Part shown: positions 47,484 to 60,899 of the stretch, piece after piece | Layout: each line of letters starts with the position of its first letter | Numbering within the stretch: the stretch's first letter is position 1 | NCBI RefSeq assembly: GCF_009914755.1 | Contig: NC_060939.1 | From: the human T2T-CHM13v2.0 reference genome, Homo sapiens | Length of the DNA stretch: 64,000 nucleotides | Direction: 5' to 3' (one strand) | Made by a program: the position numbers and the translations under genes | Notes under the pieces: model-generated | The model's database searches: none | Seen by the model: the letters and a program-made list of their open reading frames with translations, nothing else | Told to the model about the DNA's origin: nothing

Positions 47484-48068
47484 CCCAATCCTGGGCTGCT
47501 GCGTGAGCTTTACACTGAGGTGCCCAAACCAGCGCAGTCGTGGTGCCTGCAGAGGCTGGACTAGCCCCTGCAGGTGACCACAGACTCTCTGCAGTAACCC
47601 CCAGCCAGGCATTTTCCTGAGCACTCTCATCAGAAGGACCACATTTGGTCACTCTGTTCTTGGATGTCCCTCTTGTGCCGGAAGCCCATAATTTGACTTG
47701 ATTTGTTGAATTGCTCCCGATTGTTTTTTTTTCTTAATTCTAAGAGATAGGTATAATGAGATGGTTGTCATGGCCCATTTAATAGAATCAGGGACCAAAA
47801 GACACCCATCCCATCGTTCAACTTCCCATCTATTTTCTCACCCTAGCAGGGTTTCTTCGCTGGATGGGGAAAGGAGCTGACCCATCCTTACCACCCCCCT
47901 AATTCCTTTATTAGCACCTAAAAAGAAATGAGGATCAAGCCATGAAAAGACATGAGGAACCTTAAGTGTATATTATTAAATAACAGAAGCCAATCTGAAA
48001 ACTACATGCTGTATGATTCCAACTATAGGAGATTCTGGAAAAGGCAAAACTATGGAGGCAGTAAAGAA

Positions 48069-48338
48069 TTTTGAGACAGGATTTCATTCTGTCACCCAGG
48101 CTGGAGTGCAGTGGCACGATCGTGGTTCACTGTACCCTCGACCTCCTGGACTCAGATGATCCTCCCACCTCAGCCTCCTGAGACTACAGGCACGTGCCAC
48201 CATGCCTGCCTCATTTTTTGTAGAGATGCGGATTTGCCATGTTGCCCAGACTGGTCGCAAACTCCTGGACTCAAGCAATCCACTTGCCTCGGCCTCCCAA
48301 AGTGCTGGGATTATAGGTGTGAGCCATTGCTCCTGGCC
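48069..48338 (-). mobile_element. AluJ
   Basis: Reverse Alu with ACCTCCTGGACTCA and CTCAAGCAATCC. Confidence 0.88.
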
Positions 48339-48339
48339 T

Positions 48340-50250
48340 CTTGTTGAGTTTTAAGAGTTCTTTCTATATATTGGATAACAGTCCTTTATCAGATATATCT
48401 TTTACAAACATTTTCTCCCAGTCTGTAGCTTGTCTTCTGATTTTCTTGACAGTGTCTTTCTCAGAGTAGAAGTTTTTAAAAGTCCAGCTTATCAATTATT
48501 TCTTTGATGGATTGTATCTTGGGTGTTGTATCCAAAAAGTCATCTTCAAACCCAAGGTTATCTAGACCTTCTCTTATGTTATCTGCTAGGAGTTTTATAT
48601 TTTTGCGTTTTACGATTAGGTCTATGATTAATTTTGAGTTAATTTTTGTGAAGGGTGTAAGGTCTGTGTGTAGACTCACTATTTTGCTTGTGGATATCTA
48701 GTTGTCCCAGCACTATTTGTTGAAGAAAAACTGTCTTTTCGCCATTGTATTGCCTTTGCTCGTTTGTCAAAGATAAGTTGACTATGTTAGTGTGGGTCTG
48801 TTTCTGGGCTCTGTACTATTCCATTAATCTGTTTGTCTATTTTACCAATACCACACTGTCTTGAGTATTGTACCTTTATAGTAAGTCTTGAGACTGGGTA
48901 GTGTCAATCATCTGACTTTGTTCTCCTTCAGTATTTTTATGGCTACTGTGGGTCTTTTGCTTCCCATATAAACTTTAGAATCAGTTTGTCAATATCCACA
49001 AAATAACTTGCTGAGATTTTGATTGGGATTGCGTTGAGTCTGTAGATTGAGTTGAGAAGAACTGACATCTTGACAATAATGCATCTTCCTATCTGTGAAC
49101 ATGGAATATCGCTCCGTATATTTAGTACTTTGATTTATTTCATCAGAGTTTTGTACTTTTCCTCATACAGATCTTATACGTATTTTGTTAGACTTAAACC
49201 TAAGTATTTCATTGTGTGGGGGTGCTAAATGGTACATGTTTTTAATGTCAAATTCCACTTGTTCATTACTGGTATATAAGAAAGTGATAGACTTTTGTAT
49301 ATTAACCTTATATACTGTAAACTTGCTATAATCACTTCTTATAGGCTTTTTTTTGTCAATTCTTTCTGATTTTCTCCATAGATGATCATGTCATCTGAGC
49401 GCAAAGACAGTTTCTTTCTTTCTTCCCAATTCAATTATCTTTTATTTCCTTTTCTTGTCTTATTTCATAAGCTAGGACTTCCAGTATTATGTTAAATAGC
49501 AGTTGTGAGAGGGGACATCCTTGACTTTTTCCTGATCTTAGCAGGAGAACTTCTAATTTCTCACCATTGAGTATAATTTTACCTGCAGGATTTTTTTTTT
49601 GGATGTCCTTTATCAAGTTAAAGAAGTTCTCCTTTCTTCCTAGTTTGCTGAGAATTCAGGATAATTTGATTGGGGTATAATTACAAGCAGTAAAATGAAC
49701 ACATCTTAAGTGTTCATTTGAACATTTTGAGAGTGGTATTCACTCAGGTAACCACAACTCCAAATAAGACACAGAACATTTCTATCACTTAAAAAGTTTC
49801 ATAATTTCCCAGTCAATTCTCCCCATCTCAAAAAAAACCACTTTCTAATTGCTATAATCTAAGATTATTTTTGCCTGTGTTTGGACATTGTACAAATTAT
49901 TCCATGCAATAGGTATCGTCTCTGACATCTTTTAGCCAACATGATATTTTGGAGATTCATCCATGTTGCAGTATGTATCACTTGTTTATTCTTTTATATT
50001 ACAGAGTAGATTCCATTGTATAAATATACTTTGATTTATTTATCAGTTCTCCTTGATGGACATTTGAAAATATATTCAGTGTTTGGCTATTATAATGATG
50101 CCGTTTGATGAGCAGAGACTTGTTAATTTAACATTTTACTTCATAGTTAGTGCTTTTTGCATCCAATCTAAAAAATCTTTATCTACATCAAAGTCTCAAA
50201 CATATGTTCTTATGTTTTATTGTAGTTTTATTGTTTTAGCTTTTACATTC
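48340..50250 (-). mobile_element. Old L1M fragments
   Basis: Minus-strand ORF2 remnants ([22 protein letters not shown]; DLTPFTKINSK). Confidence 0.8.
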
Positions 50251-50268
50251 AGGTCTATGATCCATTTC

Positions 50269-50645
50269 TTTTTTTTTTTCTGTTCTGTACAAGGTTGTAA
50301 TACTTTTTTTTTAATTTTTATTTTATTATGCTTTAAGTTTTAGGGTACATGTGCACAATGTGCCGGTTAGTTACATATGTATACATGTGCCATGCTGGTG
50401 TGCTGCACCCATTAACTTCTCATTTAGCATTAGGTATATCTCCTAATGCTATCCCTCCCCCCTCCCCCCACCCCACAACAGTCCCCAGTGTGTGATGTCC
50501 CCCTTCCTGTGTCCAAGTGTTCTCATTGTTCAATTCCCACCTATGAGTGAGAACAAGCGATGTTTGGTTTTTTGTCCTTGCGATAGTTTGCTGAGAATGA
50601 TGGTTTCCAGCTTCATCCATGTCCCTACAAAGGACATGAACTCAT
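50269..50645 (-). mobile_element. 5'-truncated L1PA3 3' end with short 3' transduction
   Basis: TSD TCTATGATCCATTTC at 50254-50268 and 50646-50660. Two poly(A) tails are separated by 24 non-L1 bases. Confidence 0.9.
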
Positions 50646-50696
50646 TCTATGATCCATTTCAAATTAATTTTTGTCTCTGGTGTGAGTAGAGGCTAA

Positions 50697-50942
<246 letters not shown>

Positions 50943-51262
50943 TAGATTCTAAGATGCATTTCTTTTTTTTTCTCATTTTAGCATCTCTGAGGTTGGGGTG
51001 CATCTTAACATCATTGTCCACAAACTGTCCTGTGCTGTCATTTTCCCTGTGTCTGAACAAACTTGGTAGTTACACCCGTGACTTGATTGGGTGACCTCAA
51101 CCTTTGATGTTTCAGTCAATGAACCATTCAGGCATCATTAAGATCATTTTCATCTTGCTTATTTTCCTGAACATCTTTCTGTGAAAATCAAACAAGTCCA
51201 AGGATCAAACTCCCAGGTGTCAACAGCTTGGAAGGGTTCCACACACTTTTAAGAAATTTTCT

Positions 51263-51563
51263 GGCCAGGCACGGTGGCTCATGCCAGGAATCTCAACACT
51301 TTGGGAGGCTGAGGTGGGCAGATAGCTTGACGCCAGAAATTCAAGACCAGCCTGGGCAACATGGCAAAAGCCTGTCTCTGTGGAAAATACAAAAATTAGC
51401 CAGGCGTGGTGGTGTGCGCCTGTAATCCCAGCTACTCAGGAGGCTGAGGCAGGAGAATCGCTGGAACCTGGGAGGCAGAGCCTGCAGTGAGCTGAGATCG
51501 CGCCACCGTACTCCAGACCGAGCGACAGAGCAAGACTCGGTCTCAAGAAAAGAAAAAAAAAAA
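51263..51563 (+). mobile_element. Alu (J/S)
   Basis: Full dimer with tail. Confidence 0.88.
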
Positions 51564-51725
51564 TGCAACTGAAGGAAACCTAGTGTGCAGAAATGTTTTG
51601 AAGAAAACTTCAAAAAAAAATTCTATTAGTCTTAAAGATATGAGAAAATATTACATCCATTAAAGAAGAATAATTTACCATAAAAAATTCAAACAATGAA
51701 AAGGGCTCTTAAAAATTTAAAACAT

Positions 51726-51980
51726 GGCTGGGCACAGTGGCTCACACCTGTAATCCCAGCACTTCGGGAGGCCGAGGCAGGCAGATGACCTCAGGTCAGG
51801 AATTTGAGACCAGGCTGGCCAACAGGGTGAGACCCCATCTCTACTAAAAATACAAAAAATTAGCTGGGCATGGTGGTGTGAGCCTGTAATCTCAGCTACT
51901 TGGGAGGCTGAGGCAGGAGAATTGCTTGAACCCAGTAGGCGGAGGTTGCAGTGAGCCGAGAAAAGAAAAAGAAAAAAGAA
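51726..51980 (+). mobile_element. AluSx-like, 3' end of right arm missing
   Basis: Alu stops at GTGAGCCGAG and is followed by an A-rich tract. Confidence 0.88.
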
Positions 51981-52083
51981 ATTTGTGAGAGCTGAGCATA
52001 AGCCACACTAAATGCACACACAGGAAATATTAATACGTATTAGTTATGTTTTGAGGGCATATGTTCACAAATACAAAACCTCT

Positions 52084-52359
<276 letters not shown>

Positions 52360-52854
52360 TCAGAAATTAGTTTATCCAGCTATACTTGATGGAAAACCCA
52401 GTGTTTCAGTAGCAGAAAGAGCTTTGTGGTGTAAGCCATTCTAGAATAAGTAGACAGGCTAGGGGTCTCTTCCGTGGGATGCCAGTTAGCTGTGTCCCAA
52501 AGACAGACCTCAAAGACTCCATCCCAGGGACACAATGCCTCTCCCAAAGCTAGGACTCTGGAATCAGGACACAGGTTGCTCTCTCTGGACATATTTCTCT
52601 AAGTAAACAAGTTGCTCTTCCTTAGAGTAGCTGTTGTGTTGCTGTATTCCCATCACATTCCCAGGGGTGTGAAATAGTAGACTCTCCAGTCTACTAGAGA
52701 TGGGGCCATTTTCTCAGCAACACTTGCTTGTTATATCCTGTTAAAAAATCTTAACGTAGAAAAATGGGCAAAACATAAATGTATAACTCCATGAACAACT
52801 GCAAAGTGAAAACATATATAGTCAATATACATATTTTAAAAAATAAAACATTGT

Positions 52855-53640
<786 letters not shown>

Positions 53641-54269
53641 AATAAAAATAAATAGCATCCTACAATTAATATGGAAACAGCAGAAATTTATTTCTCATAA
53701 TTCTGGAGGCTGAGAAGTTCCATATCAAGGATCTGATAGATTCAATGTCTGGTGAGGAAATGCTTCATAAATGGTTCATAAATGGTGCTTTCTTGCTGTG
53801 TCTTCATGGTGGAAGGGGTAAGGTCTTCCTGGGGCCTCATTTGTTTACGTATGTATTCATTTATATTTTTGGAGACCCAGCCTGCATCTGGTTTCCCCTT
53901 CTTCCTTGAATGTAAACCCTAGAAAGCTGGGCTTTCTTTTGAGAGCTTGGGAGATTTTTGTCTCAACTCAAAGAGACTAGAGGATGACCCATCTATTTTT
54001 TCATTAGTTTTAAACTCAGCTTTTTTACTTCCTGTAGAGTTTCAGAATTTGGCAAAGGTCTCAAGGCTCAAGCTGGTTGTCTGAAGCCTTTCAAACCCCC
54101 AGTTTTATCACCACATATGAGGTATGCATCCAAGTTTACTTATTTATTTTTTTTGCATGTGGATATTCAATTGTTCCAGCACCATTTGTTGAACTTTAAA
54201 CATGCATTTAAAGGTGCGTATACATGCTGATTTGTCAAAGGGATAGACTGGGCTAGTTATTTACCTATA

Positions 54270-55370
54270 TTTCTCAACTCTAAACCTTCCTTCTAAATCC
54301 TGCTCTGTGCTGCTGGGGCTGAGGCTCTACAAACTCTATGTCCTAGACTCCCTTGCCAGTTGGCTTTCTGTTACATCTGCCAATAAGAACTGTTAATAAG
54401 GGACTGATGTTGGGAGAAAAGCTGAGTGTTGGGAGAGAAGTTGAAGCAGGGCTTGGAACATGTCTGGGGCCCGAGGTCTAAACCCCCTCTTGGCCTTTGG
54501 AATGTGTCTGGACTTGCTGGCTCCTTGCTTCTAGCACTCCCATTATCTCAAGTAGCCATATGTGTCAAAGAACATGCTAAATCATCACAGCTGTAGCTCA
54601 TTCACTTGATACACCGCTTCCCTTCAAACCCCACATCCTCACCACCTGTTTCTTTGTTTGATCACCAATAAATAGGGTGAGCTCCCAGAGCTTGGGGCCT
54701 TCGCAGCCTCCATACTAGCGTTGGCCCCCTGGTCCCACTTTCTCTCTTAACTTGTCTTTTCTCATTCCTTTGTCTCCACCGGACTTCGTCACCCCCATGA
54801 CCTGGTGTTGGGTCCGATCACCCCAACAACTGGAATACGGAAGGGAATAAGAAGAGGATTCCTTCCTAATTGCTAGCTTCTGTTAGCAGTAGCTGATGCC
54901 ATGGCCCCTGCTGCCAGCTCTCAATCTTCACCTGAGCCAGGTGGCACCCCTTTGAGAAATAGGGTACTACCCCTTCACCTCCTTCACCTGCCAATCTGGG
55001 CTTCCTCTGTGGAGGTCCCAACACCCACTGGTCTGTGTCCTCTTCTCAGAGGTCCCAGCACCAACCGCACCAGCCACAGGACTCCTCTTCTCGGTGGTAC
55101 AACCAGCAGCTTCCAGGCCCAGCCACATATCCAGAGCTTGGGGATCAGGTATAGAGAGCCAATCCCCTGGGAACCCATGCATTAGTCCCAGGGGGCCTCT
55201 CCTCCAAGCGCCTACATTCTGGAAAAGCCTCAAGTTTCTACAGTCATGATACCTGGGAAACTCAGTGCTCCCTTTTGGATTTTTCTTAGCCCTTCAACAC
55301 CTATGTAAATCTGCATGAAATTTCCACTGTTTGAATAGAGTGTCATTCCCTGCTGAGCCCTAACTGATAC
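54270..55370 (+). mobile_element. Old ERVL-type LTR (LTR33/16-like), split by an LTR3
   Basis: CCTAGACTCCCTTGCCAGTTGGCTTTCTGTTA...CTGCCAATAAG and end CCCTAACTGATAC. Confidence 0.5.
54408..54828 (+). mobile_element. LTR3 (HERV-K HML6) solo LTR
   Basis: TGTTGGGAGAAAAGCTGAGTGTTGGGAG...CCCCAACA inverted termini, internal AATAAA, flanks ACTGA and ACTGGA. Confidence 0.82.
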
Positions 55371-55599
55371 GCTGTGTTTCCAGTGTCCCTCATCCACTAG
55401 ACTCAGTGGTGTCAGGAATGGTGTGGTATTTTGTTATAAATTTAACTCCTTAGATGGACACACAGAGAGCCTCGATAAATATTTTTAATCCATCAATGCA
55501 AGGAGTGTGGTTGTCAGAAGTCAGCTAAAAGTCCAAGTTTAAATCTAAGCTCCGCCGTTCACAGCTTGGGTGACCTCAGCTTCTTTTTTGGAAATGAAG

Positions 55600-55775
55600 T
55601 TCATATTTTCCGAGCACTTTTTCTGTGCCAGGTGCTTCCAAATGTATCTCGTTTAATCCTCACAACATACCTCAGAGGAAGACATCATTTTTACAAGTAA
55701 GGAAATAGAGGCTCAGAGAGATGAAGTGGTTGACCCGGGCTGTCTATCTTGTAAATGGTGGGCTGTGATTCCCAC
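55600..55775. mobile_element. MIR
   Basis: TTTAATCCTCACAACA...CATTTTTACAAGTAAGGAAATAGAGGCTCAGAGAGATGAAGTG. Confidence 0.75.
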
Positions 55776-56002
55776 ACGACTGGAGTTTCTGGAGTCAGAG
55801 GCTGCCTGGAGTCAGGGGCTGCCTGACTCCAGAAACCATTTTCTGTGCATTTCATGTAGCTCCACCTCAATTGCCTTCCTTTCCTCATCTGCAGACTGAT
55901 TAAATAAAATGTATCATTTGGATGAAATTTGATAAATAATTCTGAATGCATTCTTTTTTAGAATAAATTATCTGCAGTTCAGTACTTTATTCTTACTAAT
56001 AA

Positions 56003-56401
<399 letters not shown>

Positions 56402-57626
56402 TAAGTTGCCATGGCTGCCTGGCCATCTGACTTGTCACCCTCTCATCCCTGACCTGACCCCAGTGTGTCTGCTTTTGCAGGGCCAAGGGGTCAGATTCTT
56501 CTGCAGAGGACAGCCCTGTGAGGTCCAGGTTACGGACTCCTGCTCAAGCACATGTAGGATGCCAGCCTGATGGTGTCTGGGTCCTTCAGTAGTATTCATG
56601 GCAGCCTGCTGAACTCTGCCTTCCAAGATCCAGTTTATATTTTAGGGCCCCAATGTAAATGTTGCAAAGTCTTTCCCATTTCCCCTGCCTCAGAACAGCA
56701 GCATGGAAAGCCTAGAATGGAAAAAGAGAATGAGCCCAAACCCAGCAGCTCAGGCCAGGAGGCATGCCTGTTCCACATCACTCCACGTGGCTTTGTGTTT
56801 GTTGCCTCCACATCTGTTCCAACCCAGCTAGGCTGGTGCAGAAGGAGCCCAGGGGGTCCTGCTTATCACTGAATTCCTTTACTGATGCATTGTTTTAAAG
56901 AGAAAAAATCCCCATGAAAGGTCCACCACAGGAACTGGGGACCTCTCAATGATCCCAATAGGTAAGGAAGACTCATTTGCAGTGAGCTCCAGGGGACCTT
57001 TCTACAACTCACAGTGACCAGTGGGAATAGGACACACAAGGTGATGCCAAGCCTGGCACAACAGCTGAGTACCTTGACTCGTCCCAAATCCCAGAGTAAA
57101 TGTAGGGCACCTGAGGCAGCTGCCAAGGGACAGATGTCCTTCAGAGCAGTTCTGGACAAGGCCCTCATTTATTTCTCTCTGTCACCTGCCCCTCTCTCTC
57201 TTTAAAAACCTAGGCATTTTGTCTTCTTTTCCTCATTTTTGTCCTACACAGGAACATGAGAGCCACCTGGTGGAAGGTTTTATTAGCATGGAGGACGAGG
57301 GAGAGTTTGGCAGCTTGGCAGAGCTGCAGGTTGTGGAGAAGCAGCTGAGACAACAGCCCTGAGAGAGGAGATCTGTGCTTCCCTGGAGCACAGGGCAGGT
57401 TGACACATCAGCTGCGGAACAGTATCTGGACCAGAAGCCTTTGCTCACTGTGAGAGACAGGCCGGGTCACTTACTTGCTCACCGCACATGGGGGCTGAGT
57501 GGTGGCTGTTACAGATCCATGGAGGCCAGTGGTTGAGGCTCTGAAGGGGACATGGCTGTCGCTGTGGGAGCAGGGAGCCAAGAAAACTGCTGAAGCAAGC
57601 AGCCTGCTTTCGGAGCCAAGCCCTGA

Positions 57627-57786
57627 GGGGCGGGTGTCGGGGCTTCCATTCCAGGGTCAAGTGAGAAACCTTCAGCCATCGGGGCGGGTGTCGGGGCTTC
57701 CATTCCAGGGTCAAGTGAGAAACCTTCAGCCATCGGGGCGGGTGTTGGGGCTTCCATTCCAGGGTCAAGTGAGAAACCTTCAGCCA
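57627..57786. repeat. 54-bp minisatellite, 3 copies
   Basis: GGGGCGGGTGT(C/T)GGGGCTTCCATTCCAGGGTCAAGTGAGAAACCTTCAGCCATC at 57627, 57681 and 57735, with one C>T difference. Confidence 0.97.
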
Positions 57787-59492
57787 CTTGGCAGAGACTC
57801 CACCAATCCTGTGTTGAAGCCAGGCCCCAGCTGTGACAGCAAGGGGCCAAAGTCTTTTACCAAAAGGTAAAACAGGCTACCCAGATGGGACGGGTGTGGC
57901 CAAGCAGTGCTACCACCTTGGGCAAGACCCTTCTCCTAGCTGGGATTAGGTTTTCTCCTTTAAAATTCCACCCCTCCAGCAATCCTCAGTGATGGCCTGT
58001 TGTTTTCCTAATGCCAGTCCCAGGAAGCAAAGCTCAACAAAATCACCTGTTGTCAGGGATAGTGGAAGACGGAAAGATAAAGCACTGGCTTCCACAAAGT
58101 CACAGATGGTGGGTGGAGGTTCCCACAGAGAGTTCACGGGAATCCCCAGGCCGTCCTCAGGGCTTTAGTTTACTCCCTCCCTATAACTCAAGAAAATACA
58201 GGGGTTTCCAATAGAAATTTAAACCTAGTAGCCTAGAAGTATTCCTAAGGGACTGCAGATTGAGTAAAATGTAAAATATAATATACCCAACTTTTATTAA
58301 TGTAAAAATGTATCAGTTGACCCAGTTATCCCCTCTCTTTCCTAAGGAGTGCCTCCCCAGTTAGGTGGACACAAAGGGTTCCATATTAGAAACTTGATTC
58401 ACATTCCCCTTTCCTTTCTCAGCCACTCACACAGAAGGAAAGGCTAATTTTTAGGGCCCTGCCAGAGCCAAATGTCACTTTGTAGTCCCTGGTCTGGGCC
58501 GCCCAGAGCAGGCTTCCCCCAGCTCCCTGGTCTGAGCAGAACTTTAGCAAGAGGGGAAACTAGGAGAATCTAGTGAATATCTGAAATTACAATCTCTCAT
58601 ATAACCTATATATAATCATTAGAAACACCAGCACAACTATAAACCTTTCAAATTAGCAAAAGGAAAACACATACCCACATGAACTACAAAATAATCCCAA
58701 TAGAAAAGATAGAAAGGGGAAACAAACTGAAATAAGAAACATATGAGTATTATTTAGGAGTATTACTCCAATAAATGTAAATGGAATAAACTTAGTTATT
58801 AAAAGAAAAGACTGCTGGACAAGATGGAGTAAATGCATTTTTTGCTATTCTTCTTGCTAAGTACACTTAAAAACCTTGGACATTATATGAAAAACAAGCA
58901 AAAGAAGACACTGAAAGGTGGAGAAAAGAAGGCAGACTGGCTAGGGCCCTCAGGACCCAAGGAACCGCATGGTGGTGTGTAACTTCCCTGCTCCAGCCAA
59001 ATGCCATGAAAAAAAAACTGTGCCCTCATTCCCGCTCCTCACAGCAAAGAATGAGTGGGGAACCTAGACTTCCATCAGTTGCATGTCTTTTCCTCTCCTC
59101 ACTGGGATGGTTTCAGAGGAAGCTGGATGGGGAACTGAGAATTTCACCACCTTCAAGCAATACTGAGCGCTCATCCCACTCTGCAGTGTCAGTGGAAGCA
59201 ATGTGGGGAAGGGCAATGAAGTGCTCCTACTAGCCAGGGTGGTGTCAGCATGTCAGCAGAGGTCTCAGGGAGGCTGAGCTACCATCTTCACCTAGCACTA
59301 ATGATACACCCTTCTGCACCTGGGTGTCAACACTGGCAAGGTGAGGAAACTGGATTTCCACCTTCACCAGGTACTAATGAGGCAGCTCCTCCTCTCCTAT
59401 TCCTCACCATCATGGTGTCAAAAACGGCGTGATAAAATAGAAGACTTAGATAAATCCAGAGTCTCATAATAACCAAAATGTTTAGGATATAA

Positions 59493-59848
<356 letters not shown>

Positions 59849-60261
59849 TAACTTGAATGAGAAAAGACAATTAATGATGCCAATATCAAAATGACACAGA
59901 TGTTGGAATTATTTGACATTTTTTTAACTTTTTATTTTAAAATAATTATGGATTCATAGGAAGTTAGAAAAAAGATATAAAATGAGGTCCTGTGCAACCT
60001 GCAACCCTGCACTCTCATATCCCTAGTGATAGCATTTTGCATAACTGCAGTGTAATATCAAAACCAAAAAATTAACATTTGTACAACCCACAGTTTATTT
60101 GGACTTCACCAATTATGCATGAACCCATTTGTGCATGTGTGTCTGTGTGTGTGTGTATGCATAGTTCTATGCAATTTTATCACACGCATAGCTTTGGATA
60201 CCTACCACCACAGTCAACAGCCAAAGCTGTTCCTTTGGCCACACCTTTATAGCCACACCTA

Positions 60262-60890
60262 TAAAGTGGGGCTGGTCACCAGAAAGACCAAGGCATATTT
60301 AGAGGTTGGAACCTTCCAACTTATCCTGGCCTCTGAGGAAGGGAGAGGGGCTGGATACTGAGTTAAACACCAGTGGCTCCTGACTTAATCATGTCTATGT
60401 AAAAAAACTTTGATGAAACTCTTAAATGACAGGCTTTGGAGAGATTCTATGCCTGTGAACCCATCAAGGTGCTGGGAGGGTGAAGTGCCTGAAGAGGCAT
60501 GGAAGTGCCCCTATCCCTGTACCTCACCCCACGTATCTCTTCAGTGTGGCTGTTCCAGAGTTGCATCCTTCATAATAAACTGACTAACATAAGTGAAGTG
60601 CCTTCCTGAGTTCTATGAGCTGTTCAAGGGAGTTATTGAACCTGATGAGAGGGAATCGCCAGTGTGTAGCCAGTTGGTCAGAAATATACGTCACAATCTA
60701 GGACTCGCAACTGAAGTGAGGGCAGTCTTGTGGATCAGAGCCCTTAAACCTTCAGAGTTGACACTGACTCCAAGTAGTTAGGGCCAGAATTGAATTGAAT
60801 TATAGGACACACAGCTTGTGTCCTAAGAATTGAAGAGCTGGTCGTTGGAATGGGAAAAACCCACACATACGGTGTCAGAAATGTGGTAGA
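60262..60890 (+). mobile_element. MER21-like LTR
   Basis: GGGCTGGTCACCAGAAAGACCAAG...TTCCTGAGTTCTATGAGC...GGAAAAACCCACACAT...GGTGTCAGAA. Confidence 0.7.
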
Positions 60891-60899
60891 AACATTTCA

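Noticed and set aside
46287-47652. Several 100-285 aa ORFs across the distal CpG island
   Set aside because: GC-rich and low-complexity artefacts (SLPLSP and EREGGR repeats come from the CT tract).
44413-50475. Short L1PA3 as a local daughter of the full-length L1PA3
   Set aside because: Its transduced tag does not match the full-length copy's flank, and the two differ by about 9% outside the identical tract.
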